This document shows, piece by piece, positions 42,116 to 54,600 of a stretch of 63,963 nt of DNA. The translations under genes and the position numbers were made by a program. Position 1 is the first letter of the stretch; every line of letters begins with the position of its first letter. Source of the DNA: Lama glama (lineage: Eukaryota). The notes beneath the pieces were generated by a model, which worked only from the letters and a program-made list of their open reading frames with translations, was not told the origin of the DNA and ran no database searches. Location: assembly GCA_028534125.1 (NCBI GenBank), contig CM052817.1:49664038-49728000 (forward strand). Reading direction: 5' to 3'.

Positions 42116-43899
42116 TCTCCTAAATAGAAGATCCGAGAGGCACATTTCCCCCATCAGCACAACCATGGATCTCTGCCTAAATGTGCACAAAGGTAGACTC
42201 CAGAAAGGATTAGAGACATAAGTGAGAGGGAAAAAAATGATTAATACAAAAAAAGGAAGAATATCTTTGTGACATAAGATAAGGGATAAATTGTTAAAAG
42301 CATAGGGAATATTAATGTAAGCACCACCTTCCCCTGAAAAAATACACGTGACCATTCACTGCTTCTGTTCGGTAAACAACACAATGGGTAGAATGGAAGA
42401 AGATATTCAAAATACTTAAAACTTAACAGGTAGTGATATCTAGACTATACCAAATACTCTTGCAAATCAACAAACAGAAAAAAGAACCACCTCATTAGAA
42501 ATATGGGCAAATGATATGAAAAGGCAAGTTATAGCAAAGAGACAAGCATATAAAACAAATGCCTAAAGAATTAGTATTCATAGAAACGTAATTAAAACAA
42601 AAGTAAGGCACCATTTTACACCTAATAGACAAAAAGAATAATGATAAGTGTAAGCAAAAATGTACACCCTTTGTGGACTGCTGATGTGCTAGCAGTCGAT
42701 TATAGTTAATTTATGTATACTAATGTCCTATGACCCCAAAATTCTATGATATCCCATATCATGCACAAAGTCACTTTCATTGTTTCCAAGTACTTTTTTT
42801 TTTTAGATTAGATCATCTGGAAAGGTTTTAATTTTCCCATATAATTTCAAGCACAAACAAAAAAATCAAGAACACAGCAAGTTTTTATTTGCAAGAATTT
42901 AACTATGAGAGTAAGAGACTTATACGGAAGGAAAAATAAATGTTCTCAAGTAATGTTGCTAACCTTCACAGTCCTCAGAATCAATGACCCATCTCTAATT
43001 GCTGAAGGAAGGAGAGAGTATTTTCTCAGTTTGAATAAACTTCTCCAGGTTGTTAGAGTAAGAAGTAAAGGGTCAACCTAGCATTCCACGCAAAATAGAT
43101 GACAGATTTTCTCTCTCAGAGGTTCAGGCAGAAGAAGAAAACAGGTTTTGTACATCTATCTTTTAAGTAGATTCTCATAGTTACAACTAATACTTGTAAC
43201 AACCTGCACTAACTGGCAATTTTGGTTGGAATAAATACATTAACACATTCCCTTCTTTTTGTTTTAATTAAAAGTGTGGACAGTATAAGAGCTATGCCTA
43301 TGATATTCCTTGATCATTATCCAAAACATGTCCTTTCTTTTGCATGGAACAGGGTAAAGAGTCTCCATAAGTCTCTAGGGCAATAGCTTTCATAGGGACC
43401 ATCTCTCAGGAGATATAGATATGCTGAGTAAATGGGATTCCTATTATGCCCTACTCACTTCATTCAGAACTGCTTCAGTATGATCTGCTTCATGTATTTA
43501 GTTTCAGCAAAAAAAAATTCATTTAGAAGAAATGGTTTCCCTGCTTCATATAGCCCCCCAAAATGACTGTTGTAATTCATTGTTTTAAGAGGACATTTGT
43601 TATCTTTTTTGATTTAGTCTAATAGAATAGGAAGAGAGGTGGGGTATAGATTCTTACATAAATGAGGAGTAAGATTTTGAAGAGAATAAATGCAGTTCAT
43701 GACAATTCAATGGATTTGGGAAACCCAGGAATGGATAGAGGGAAATTCGGGAATAACGTTTTGTTTAGTCATATTCAGTTTGAGATGTCAGAGACAGATC
43801 TACATAGGACTATTCCAGGAGGCAGAACTTCAATGCAGAAGAATTCTAGTAAATATGTAAATGCATATATTTCAAACTGTGGCAATGGATTAGAAAACA

Positions 43900-45387
43900 C
43901 AGAAGATGAGTTCCGTGATATTCAATTTGGCAATGATTTCTTAGAAATCAAAAGAACAGGGAACAAAAGAAAAAATAGATGAACTGGGCTATTCAAAATT
44001 CAAAACTTTTACACATCAGTGGACACTATCAACAGAGTGAAAAGGCAACCCAAGGAATGAAAGTAAATATTTGCAAATCATTTATCTAATGAGGGATTCG
44101 TAGCCAGAATATACAAAGATCCTCTACAACTCAACAAGTAAAAAACAAATAACCAAATTCAAAAACAAGTAAATTACTTGAACAGAATTTCTCCAAAGAA
44201 GATATACAAATGGAATAGGCACATGATACACAGCTCAACATCACTAATCATTAGGGAAATGCAAATCAAAACCCCAATGAGATATCACTTCACATTCATT
44301 AGGACAGAAAAAAAAAACAGAAAATACTAAGTGTTGGCAAAGATGTGGAGAAACTGAAACCCTTGTGTATAATTGGTGGGAATGTAAAATGGCATAATTT
44401 TTATGGAAAACGGTATGGCAGTGTTTTAGTCCATTCTGCTGGCAGCTATAACAAAACTATCATGCACCAGGTGTCTTAAACAACAAATAATTATTTCTCA
44501 CAGTATGGAGGCTGGGAAATCCAAGCTCAAGGCACTGGCAAATTTCATGCCTGGTGACAGTCTGCTTCCTAGTCCATTGGCCATCTTCTTGCTGTCATTT
44601 CATGTGGCAGAATGGATGAGAGAGCTCTCTGGGGTCTCTTTTATCAGGATACTAATCCCATTCATGAGGGCTCCACCCTCATGAATTTATCACGTCCCAG
44701 AGGTCCCACCTCCTAATACTATCACATTGAGGGTTAGAATTTCAACATATGCATTTTGAGAAGACACATTCAGTCCGTAACAAGTTATTCCTCAAAAATG
44801 AAACATGGACCAAATTAAAATATGACCAATGATTCTACTTCTAGGTATATATCCAAAAGAATTGAAAGCAGGACAGATATTTGTATACTTATGTTCATAA
44901 CAGCATTATTCTCAATAGCCAAAAGGTGGAAGCAACTCGAGTTAATTGACAATGAATAAAAAAAATGTGATATATATGTATGTACAATGGAATATTATTC
45001 CACCTTTAAAAAGGATATTCAGACATACACTACAACATGGAGGAACCTTGAGGACATTATGCCAAGTGAAATAAGCCAGTCACAAAAAGACATACCGTAT
45101 GATTACACTTACATGAAGTACCTCTAAAGGTACCTGAAGTAGTCAAATTAATAGACATGAAGTAGAATAATGGTTGCCAGAGGCTGCAGGAAAGGAGATA
45201 TTACGAGTTAGTGTGTAATGGGTACAGAGTATCCATTCGGAAAGATGAAAAAGTTCTGGAGATGGATGACAGTGGTGGTTGCAGAACAATGTGAATGTGC
45301 TTAATGCCAAAGAAATATACACTTAAAAATGGCTGAGATTGCAAATTTTGTGCTCTCTATACTTTATCACGGTAAAAAAAAAAAAAA
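43900..45387 (+). mobile_element. L1MB-like 3' portion with poly(A), interrupted by an MLT1A LTR
   Basis: ORF2 C-terminal remnants ('agggaaatgcaaatcaaaacc', 'aagtgaaataagccagtcacaaaaagac'), 3'UTR, and A-tail at 45374. Confidence 0.85.
44422..44782 (-). mobile_element. MLT1A-like MaLR LTR nested in L1
   Basis: tg...ca ends; 'ttatttctcacagtatggaggctgggaaatccaag', 'tttcaacatatgcatttt...cattcagtcc'. Confidence 0.85.
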
Positions 45388-45419
45388 GAGGGAGAAACAG
45401 AAAAGGAGGGAAGGTTGAG

Positions 45420-45670
45420 AGAACAAATAAGATGGCCATGTCAAGACTGAGCCAGAGACTAGAGTTTTTAGATACAAGTCAAATAATTCGGGAGCTGTGA
45501 GAACTAATAGAAACAAAAAAGGATCTCCCTTGACCTTTGCAAGGAGTGTAGCCCTTCTGACACCTCATTTTCAGACCTCAAGTCTCCTGAATTGTGAAAG
45601 AATAAATTTCTGGGCTTTAAGCCACTCAGTTTGTGGTAACTTGTTACAGTAACTTCAGCAACCTAACACA
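45420..45670 (+). mobile_element. MLT1 (C/D-like) LTR 3' part
   Basis: 'gaataaatttct...ttaagccactcagtttgtggtaacttgttacag...ctaacaca'. Confidence 0.75.
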
Positions 45671-47009
45671 ATGATACAGGAGGCAAGGTCATCAGCTGAG
45701 AGTGATAAGTGAAGGGAGTTGAGGAAGAGGAGAAGTGAGAAAATGTTCTCCAGGAGCGTGGGAAATCGAGAGGCCTAGGAACTATAAAATGACAACCTAC
45801 ACTAGGAGCCCACTTTAGGACAACAGAACAGAGACTTAAAACTTAGATCAGTTTGTGTGTTTTTCTACAGGCTTGTTTATCTGCACAAGGCTGCAGGGGA
45901 GGAATCATAGAAAGTTGTGTTCATCCAAGTTTATTTTGTCACTGAGAGGGTACAAAGTGAAAGAGGAGTAAAGGAGTTGACCATATGTGTAAGGAAGGGA
46001 TTTTAATGAATTTTTAAACTACTCTAATCTCCAAGTACCCAAAACATACCCTGGCACATCATAGGAACTGGAAAAATATCTACTTAACGAATTACTGAAT
46101 GCCATGATGTTTAACATATTAGGCGTCTCTGAAATAACCATCACACAGTAGTCTGAGCAACCATGTGCAGTGACTCCTAAGCTGTGTGATACTTTTCACC
46201 TGTCCATTTGCAATATGAGAACACTTGTCTCCTCGGGTCAATTCCGTAATTTCCCCTTAGCAGAGAGAGGCCAAAAATATTGGATGAAGAGTATCACTCA
46301 GAGAAATATCTTGCATATCACTCAAGAAAGGTATATTGCTATTGTCTCATGATACAATCCTTATGCATTGCAACAGTTTCCAGTATTCATATTTCACTAT
46401 TTCATACTCAACCAGTTAGTCCTCTACCCTCCAGGAAAGAAAGAGAAAGCTAAAAATTAGATGACTTTAGGGCCAAAAGAGAAGTTCTGAGCAAACTTCC
46501 TGCCGTGTTCTGCCCTGCTGACATTCAGGGTAGCCATCCTTGGATCTCAATACAGTTTCCAATTCAGTTCTTATACATGCCAGCTAGTGTGGGGGTGCAT
46601 TTTGCATGTACTGTTTAATTTTTTTCTATAATAACCTGGAAAGCTGTTGTTAATTCCATGAAGAAGCTAAGATGCAGAAGGTTTAAGCAGCAGGTATGTG
46701 GGGAGCCAGGATTTACAGAAAGGAGTATCTCCCACCAAGTCTGGGCTTTGTCTACCAGGCCTTCTGCCGTCCACAACAGAAGCTGTCATTTATTATTGGA
46801 ATGCTAGACAGTTCCACATACATTGCTATCATTTAAATCTCACAAAAGTAATGCACATAAATGATACCAGCTCAGTTCATGTAAGAAGAAACTGATGCTC
46901 AAAGGATTTAAGTAGCCTGTCCAAGTTCACATAACTTTCAGGGCATCAGTAGTCCATTCTAAGTCCAGTTTCCTTTCACTATTCCATGAAGCACTGTGTC
47001 AGGAGAAAC

Positions 47010-47062
47010 AGGAGGGAAGGGAAGGGGAGGGAAGGGGAGGGGAGGGGAGGGATGGGGAGGGA
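47010..47062. repeat. Polypurine (GGAGG/GGAAG)n tract
   Basis: ggagggaagggaaggggagggaaggggaggggaggggagggatggggaggg. Confidence 0.85.
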
Positions 47063-47169
47063 ATGAAAGAGTATAACCATGTGTGCTCCTTGTATAGTTC
47101 AATAGAATAAGTTTCACTAAGTGTTTCTGTAAATAATAAGAAAATAAATGTGTATAAACTAAAGGCCTA

Positions 47170-47370
47170 ACAATAATAATGCCTAACGTTTCTGTAGTAC
47201 TACCATTGCACAAGGTGCTATTCTAAGCATTTTACATTTATTAACACATTTACATTTCAGCCTACAAAGTAGTCACCAATATTATTCCTATTTTACAGAC
47301 ATGGAAACTGCTAAGATTTGAACCCTGGCATTCTGATTCTAGAAAGTCTATGTGCTTAAAGCACTATGTG
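47170..47370 (-). mobile_element. MIR SINE (others at ~24100, 46790, 49290, 50930, 51790, 61340)
   Basis: 'attattcctattttacagacatggaaactg' MIR core. Confidence 0.6.
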
Positions 47371-47887
47371 GTACTAAGATGATTTCAATTGTACTTTCCC
47401 CAAGCGATGACCCCTGAAAACCTTTATTTAAAGTAGTGTTTCCCTTTAAATGGGTATCATTTGGTTGTAAGATTATAATCAAGGCTAAACGCTAAGTATA
47501 TTCATACTTCATGTAGCTGTTAAAAAGAATAAGGTGGATCTGTGTCTCTTCTAAAAGAACTTCTAAAAACTAAAGACAGACCAGATTGTACAAGGATGTG
47601 CGAAGTATGATACTGTTTAATTAATATTCATATATGTTTTTCTATGACTATATGTGTGTGTCTGTAAATGCTTAGTATGTTCTATAGAGATGGACCCTCG
47701 TAACACTAGTTGCTCCTGAGGACACTGAAAGGAACCATGATTAGGACATGGTCAAAAAGAGTTTCAGCCTCATTTCTAATGTTTCAATATTCACAAAGAG
47801 TTGGTAATTCATGTTGTCTAACTGAAAAATTACTGAAAATAATCTTTGTTTCCCTGATCTCTTTTGTTTTCTTCATTCTGATAAATG

Positions 47888-48000
47888 TCTCTCTCTCCCT
47901 CTCTCTCTCTTTCCACATACACACACAGGTATTTAAATACATAGAGAGATATATGTATAAATATATATTATATAAATATAAATTAAATATACATGTATTA
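47888..48000. repeat. (CT)n/(CA)n/(TA)n compound simple repeat
   Basis: Seen directly in the sequence. Confidence 0.75.
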
Positions 48001-48597
48001 CCTTAAGTCATTTTAGGAAAAATCTAGTTTGATATGAATTTATTTGTATGTACTCTGACAAGTAGGTATTTTAAGAAAGAAAAATGATTATGTATTAATA
48101 AATTCACTACACCCTGGATACATGAAGATAGCTGTTGTTTAACAAAAATTTAAGGAGTATTTCCTGAATCATATTATAAATCTAGGTTTTAAGAATATCT
48201 GATTATTTTTATTGAGAGCTTTTATGTGAAGGTTTCTTTAAGATATTGTATACCTACAAATAATCTTTAAACTCTTAATCCTAGTGCATTCCTAAGGTAT
48301 TTCTCACTCAAATCCTTACAACCAGTTTCTTCTCCCTTAAAATTAGTCAATACCAAAAACAGAAATACTGCCTTCTTGTTGAGACTACGCTGTCTTTGGG
48401 CTGTTTTCTTCAAGCCATTCTATGGGTTGAGGCATCTCTGTTCAGACTTGTTGAACTAGTTTCATTTCAACTACTTGTAATGTGTTTCCTTATTTCTTCC
48501 AGCTGTAGATCTCTGATACAGCTAGAGATTTCATATAGTTGACTAGAAAGTTGAGCTGAGTGGATACAGATCTCTTAGGATCAGATTCTTCCCCCAG

Positions 48598-48605
48598 ATG
48601 TATCG
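48598..48605 (+). CDS. TMPRSS11A: TMPRSS11A exon 1 coding part (MYR)
   Basis: cccagATG TAT CG|gtaagt; phase 2 matches exon 2. Confidence 0.82.
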
Positions 48606-51600
48606 GTAAGTTTTGTTTAATAGTGCCTTGTTTGTTCTACTGTCTGTCAGTGCCTAGATTTCTGGTGTGGTGTGTTGGATCCTGTGAGGCGTCCTCAATG
48701 GATTCAATCTGCACAGGATGTTGTGAAATTGTTGGAATTATCTCTACAGTTAAAATCAATTACTTTGGTATTAAAAATCATTATTAACATTAGTTCATGT
48801 TGCCAAGTTCAATAGTTGGGATCTTAGAAGAAGTTAATGAAAAACTATATTACACTGTGTCCTGATTGCTTTTGATTTGGCAGGGGTTGGTGGTGAGGGA
48901 GAAAGGTGTTAATCTGAGAAAAGTCTCCTTTCAGCAATCTGACTAAAGTTAGCTTCTGTAACACTTTCCCTTCAGCTGTTTTTCCTTGTACCTTATCGTC
49001 AATCACTGGAAATAAATGCAAATTGGAAGGTCAAAAACTGCAGACACATCTGCCTTCACCATAGAAATCTCAGGACTTCTTAGAGGAGAAAAGAGACAAG
49101 ATCCAGACTGGGGAAAACATGTTTTACTGTCTAAAATCTTTCCTATTAAATATTAAAAAACTAGTTTTCAAGTTTTTTTTTTCAAAATAAGGTTTGCTAT
49201 ATGTAAAGGAAAGAAAAAAATAAGATTTCTTGGCATAATCTTTGATACAATTAAAATAGTGACTTTAAACATCCATGAAGACAATAATATTTCACCACTG
49301 CTTAGATTTACGCCATTTTCAAAACATTTTTACATATGTTATTTCATTTAATAGTCAGGACACCCCTGTGAGATCAGTAGAACAGGTATCAGCTCCCATT
49401 TTAAAGAAAGAAATCTAGGGAAACAGAAGTCCAAGGGGCTTCCCTGTGTCTACAGAGCTGCATAATGTCAGAATCAAAGAGCTGCAACCCACAGCTCCTT
49501 AAGTCCAGCCTTCCGGGACTCTTTCAGCCTCTCTACATGGCAAGGATTCTACCCGGGGAATTCACAGATGAGAATTTGACACTAGATAGGTAACTAAGTT
49601 GTCAACTTCACTGGGCTTCCTTCCCCCATTAATAAAATGCACATTTGGATCAATTCTTTAGTGGGCACCTAGTAATTGCCAGAGGGTCTCTGACATCCTT
49701 AGACAGGGTCTGCAATGCTTCACACATAATGTGGCATTCCATAAATATTTGTTAAACAAATTAATGAGTAAACGAATGCAAATGTCTAGAATTAATGCTT
49801 TGCTTATTAAAATTCATTGAATTTGAAAATGCATACTCCATGTCTATGGAAATCATAATATTGTAAAGGAGTAGTTCCAACCATTCGTATTTCACATTCC
49901 CCAAAGAATCCATTTAAAATATCAAGTCTCACGATTACAGACACTAAAAGTCTTCTTTTCCAATAAGTTCTTATGTGTCTATAGAAGTGTTTTCAGTCTA
50001 AGGGAAGTAAATTTTAGGAATAATATTAAGGGTCAGTGTCATTGCTCAGGATATCCATGGCACTTGTTGGTTGAGAAAAGGGATAGTAGGAAACACTGAA
50101 TGTTATGGGTTCTTTAAGATAAACTCATGGAACATTAATCCAGGATTTGGAGGATCTGCTGAAGACGGCAGGTCACACTAACAGGCAGGCTTAAGGATTG
50201 AGGCAAAGCAAGTGCTTAATAATTACTACAACGCCCTGTGTCTCACCTACACTACTTCTGTGATGTGTTTTACAGTTGTGCTCACTATTCTTAAGACTCT
50301 ATTAACAAGAAATACATGAAAACCTTCTTAAAATATATTTGATTCATATCTTTGCTTTTCTGTTCTATTGAAACTTGATCTCTTTTCTATGATTTATGAC
50401 CCTCTTCTCTACCATTCAGAGATAGTCTTTAGTGTTCCAACTTTGCTGTGAATAGCCATTTGCATTTGCCTTTAGCAAATTCATATCCCTACTTTTTCCT
50501 ACAAATGTCTTAGCTAGGTGATATATTCATTTAAAATCTCAACTATTTCTCTTATAAAAGATAAAATATCAAATGACTCATTCATCTGAGATTGCTGTTC
50601 TATTCCCAGAAGTCTGGCATCTCTATCGCTCATTCTTTTTGGCATTGCTTAATAAATGCAACAGTTAGATTTTTCCTTGTCATCAACCTGCTTTAGAGAA
50701 AAACTCCTGGGAAAGTCTTTGCAAGTATTCATGTTTTACATTTTAATTTCATTCTGAATACTCATTTGAATCAACTTGTTAATTTGCCAAGTCCATGCTC
50801 TGTAACACTCAAAAACTTATGTTCAGAGTTAAAGGCAAAATAACAAGGTAAAACTTCCATGTTACTTACTGATCACTAAACTTCATATAAATTATCAATT
50901 AAATTTTACTGTTTTTTTAGTTTTCAGCAGACTCATAGCGCTTTCTAGGTGCTGTAAATGCGCTACATTATATTAGCTCATTTAATTTTCACAGTTCTAT
51001 GATTAGGTACTATTATTATCTCCATTTTATGGATGAAAAAGTAACAAGTCCTACATCACAGGCTAATGAGTAGAAGAGCTGGGATCTGAAGCAGTCTGAA
51101 GCCAGAGCCTGAGCTTAACCATTAGGATATCCTGTTTTTCCTTCTTTTTGATAATTTTCAAGAGAATATCACTTTTTGCTTTTTAATTTAAAATTTGAGT
51201 AAAAAATTTATAATGTTAGTCCCTCAGTAGGGCTTTATCTATATTCATATCATTGAAATTTAAAGACTGGTTTATAACATCTTCTTCTTTGTTTTGCTTT
51301 TCTTCTTTTCAATTGTCTGGCAAACGGAGAATAATATATCTGTAGATAAAATAGGGAGGCTGGCAGATATGTATATGAAGTACTTGGAAATGGAGATGAT
51401 AGGAATTTGTGTTTGGGTAAGTATATGAATCTATATTGGGTAGTAGTTTATTTGGAGTTATTACAATAGCATCTACCATCTATTAATCTATTTACAAAAT
51501 ATGCATCATTTCCATACATTATCTCATTTATTCGTTATAATACTATAAGCTAGCTATTGTTACCCAACTTTATAGAAAAACGAAAGCTGTCTGCAAATTG

Positions 51601-54600
51601 ACTTATGGAGCTTTAAACCCAAGCTATACACACCATCCTACCCCCAGTACAGTCATACTTATGTCTCTGAAACATCTGGGCAATGAGAAATTAATCCGCT
51701 TGGGACACAAAAATAATATAAGCAACGTTTGAATAGTATACTACTAAAGGTTCACCTTCATTATCAGAGTGGCTTGGTTATGAGTGGTACAGATAGATTT
51801 GAATTCAGACAGGCAAGGCCTCCCTCCAGCTCTGTAACCTGTGTTACTTTTCCTCTCTGATCTTCAGTTTCCTTCCTCTTTAGGGAAGGTGATATTAGGC
51901 CTACCTCATCAAGCTGTGGCAACAAATACATCAGATAACTCCCATGAAAACTCCTGGCCCAGAGCAGGAATTTGATACCTGCCAGAGTCTTACATACACT
52001 CACTTCAATGCCTCACGTCTCAGGGCTGTATTTATTATCACCACTTTATAGGCAAGAAAACGGAAATTCAGAGAGGTTTCATGAACTTCTCAAGATACAT
52101 GTTAAAGAGTTACAAGCAGGGAATGAAGTCAAAGTCAACCAAAAGGTAGGGCAGATCTGCAATTCAGAAGGCCCAGAGAAGATTTGTCCAGGCAGGTAAC
52201 GACTTAATGGAAATTTTAAAGAAATCTTTGTCTTAGGAAACTCTTGTGTTTTTGTGTACTGTCACATTATTACCACAGTCACAACACTCTGACAGCAGCA
52301 GTGTAGGGTTTTTCCCCCAAGCAATTCTCTAACACCAGCCGGGTATCCTATAATTCATTCAATTCTGACACTAACCAGAACTAGTGCAGACCCCAGAGGT
52401 TAAGGGCTCAGTTCCATCAAACTGCTCCTGCCCCTACTTAAGATGTCAATCGCAGGTCCCAACTGTTATCTGTGCTCCTGACTGACTGGCTGTAAACTGG
52501 AGCTTCCCCCAGTCCCTTCCTGCGATTTGATCAACTTACTAGACTGGCTCACAGAACTCAGGAAAACAGTTCACCTACTAGATTACCTGTTTATCACAAA
52601 GGTTACTAAAGGATATGTATGAACAGCCATATGAAGAGATGCATATGGCAAGGTCTAGAAGAGTCCCCAGTGTAGGAGATTTTATCTTCATAGAGCTGGG
52701 GCGGACCCTCCAGCACACAGATGTGTACACCAACCCAAAAGCTCTCTGAACCACATACTACTGGGATTTTTATGGTGGTCTCATCATACAGGCATGAATG
52801 ATTATTAACTCATCTCCAGCTCTCTCCCCTTCCCAGAGATTGGAGGAGGGGCAGTGGGGCTTAAAGGTCTAAAATTCTAATCATGGCTTGGTCTTTCTGG
52901 TGAATAGCCTCCATCCTGAAGCCAGCTAGGAGCCCACCAAGAGTTACCTCATTGGAATAAAAGACACGGCTATCACCCAGGAAACTCCAAGGGATTTAAA
53001 AGCTCTACGTCAAGAAATGGGGTCAAAGATGAAATATTAGAACAAGAGATGTTCCTAGTGTTCCTATCATTTAGGAAATTTTAAGGGTTTTAGAAGCTTT
53101 GTGCCAGAAACTGGGGTTAGAGACCAATGTATATATTTTCTATTATTTTATCATTTTTAACTCTCATTTTTGTTACCTTAATGGAAACTTATTTGTGCTA
53201 TTTTAAATATTTATAGTAAAGAAGTGTACAGTGCTTCACTATTAGCTTTCATATGGCGCAGATTGAGACAAAAGCATTATAGGTTGTACCATGAGTTGCA
53301 TAAAGGTAGAAACCATGTCTTATTCATCTTTGCCTCCCTAAGCCTTATATGATGACTTAAAACATAATAGAGGCTTCATAAAAGGTTGTAGAAATAAACA
53401 ATAGTTGGTAGATGAATGGATAGATAGTCGAATGAATAGACATATGAACATGTGAAAGGATAAAGGAGGAATAAGAAACTTTCCAATAGCTGATCAATTC
53501 TTAGTAGTTTTGGGGACATATTTATGATTTATATGCTCTGACCCAGGCATTTGTATACAAACAATTCATTTTCCACACATGCATAGCATGCCAGCCTAGA
53601 CCTTAACCTCTAATCTGATACATAATTTTCAAACTTTAATAGGTGGGACTGCACCTTGTGTCAAAGGTGTGTTAGGGCTAAATCAAACACACACATTACA
53701 CAGGGTACTCAGAAAAAGAAAATGAGGACCCCAGAAAAGACAAGACTCTACTTCCTCACTTTTCTAAGGAAATGCCTTCACTGTGGTCCCAGGGATGGAA
53801 ATTGAGCACGTTGGCAAAAAAAGGAGTGTAACTAAGAATTCTGAATCCCCTGAATTCAGGTCAGCCCGAATCTCTTCATTATTTTCTAGGGGAAATTTAC
53901 TGTGGTATTTGATTCAATTTTGCATCTCCCTCTTCGCCCCACCCTCACTCCCACTCATATCTGGGAGTTAGATACAGAAGGAATATCAGAAGTTTTCTTT
54001 GTTTCTTGTTTTTATTTTTAACCTCCTGACAATGAAGCATTCCATGGAGCACTACAGTGGTGTAAACACATACAGAGCCATGTTTTCAAAACTGTGTTCT
54101 GTAGGCCATCAGAATCCCAGGAAGTATCACAAGATATGGTGATTTAAAAAAAATACATTTGGAAAACTTTTATTTGAATCCAATTTGATAAGTAGTATTC
54201 AAGTATCTACTAAGAGTCAGATAATTAGATGTATTAAGCACTGGGGTTGTATCAGTGAACAGAACACATACAAAACCAAGGAAGAGATGCTGCCTCACCT
54301 TTACCCCTTGTAAAACCATTAAAGGCTCTAAGATTTTAAATAGTGAGAATCCTATTTAATCTTATTTAACCCATTTTTTCCAAACCTCTCTTACCCCACT
54401 ATTTGGGAATACTTCTTGAGAAATGCCTCAGTGCCGTATGTGACTTATTCACTGTCTTCAAGATCTTTCATACTTTGGGGTAAGAGGACACATGTACACA
54501 TAATATTTCAAGAAAGAAAATATATAGGGAACACGTGGAAGCATGAAAAAAAAAAGTGTCAAATTAAATGAAAGCCTCCAAAGTATACAGACAAGCCCAA

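Noticed and set aside
43662..43982. 106-aa ORF
   Set aside because: It spans degenerate repeat sequence and the start of an old L1, with no splice or domain support.
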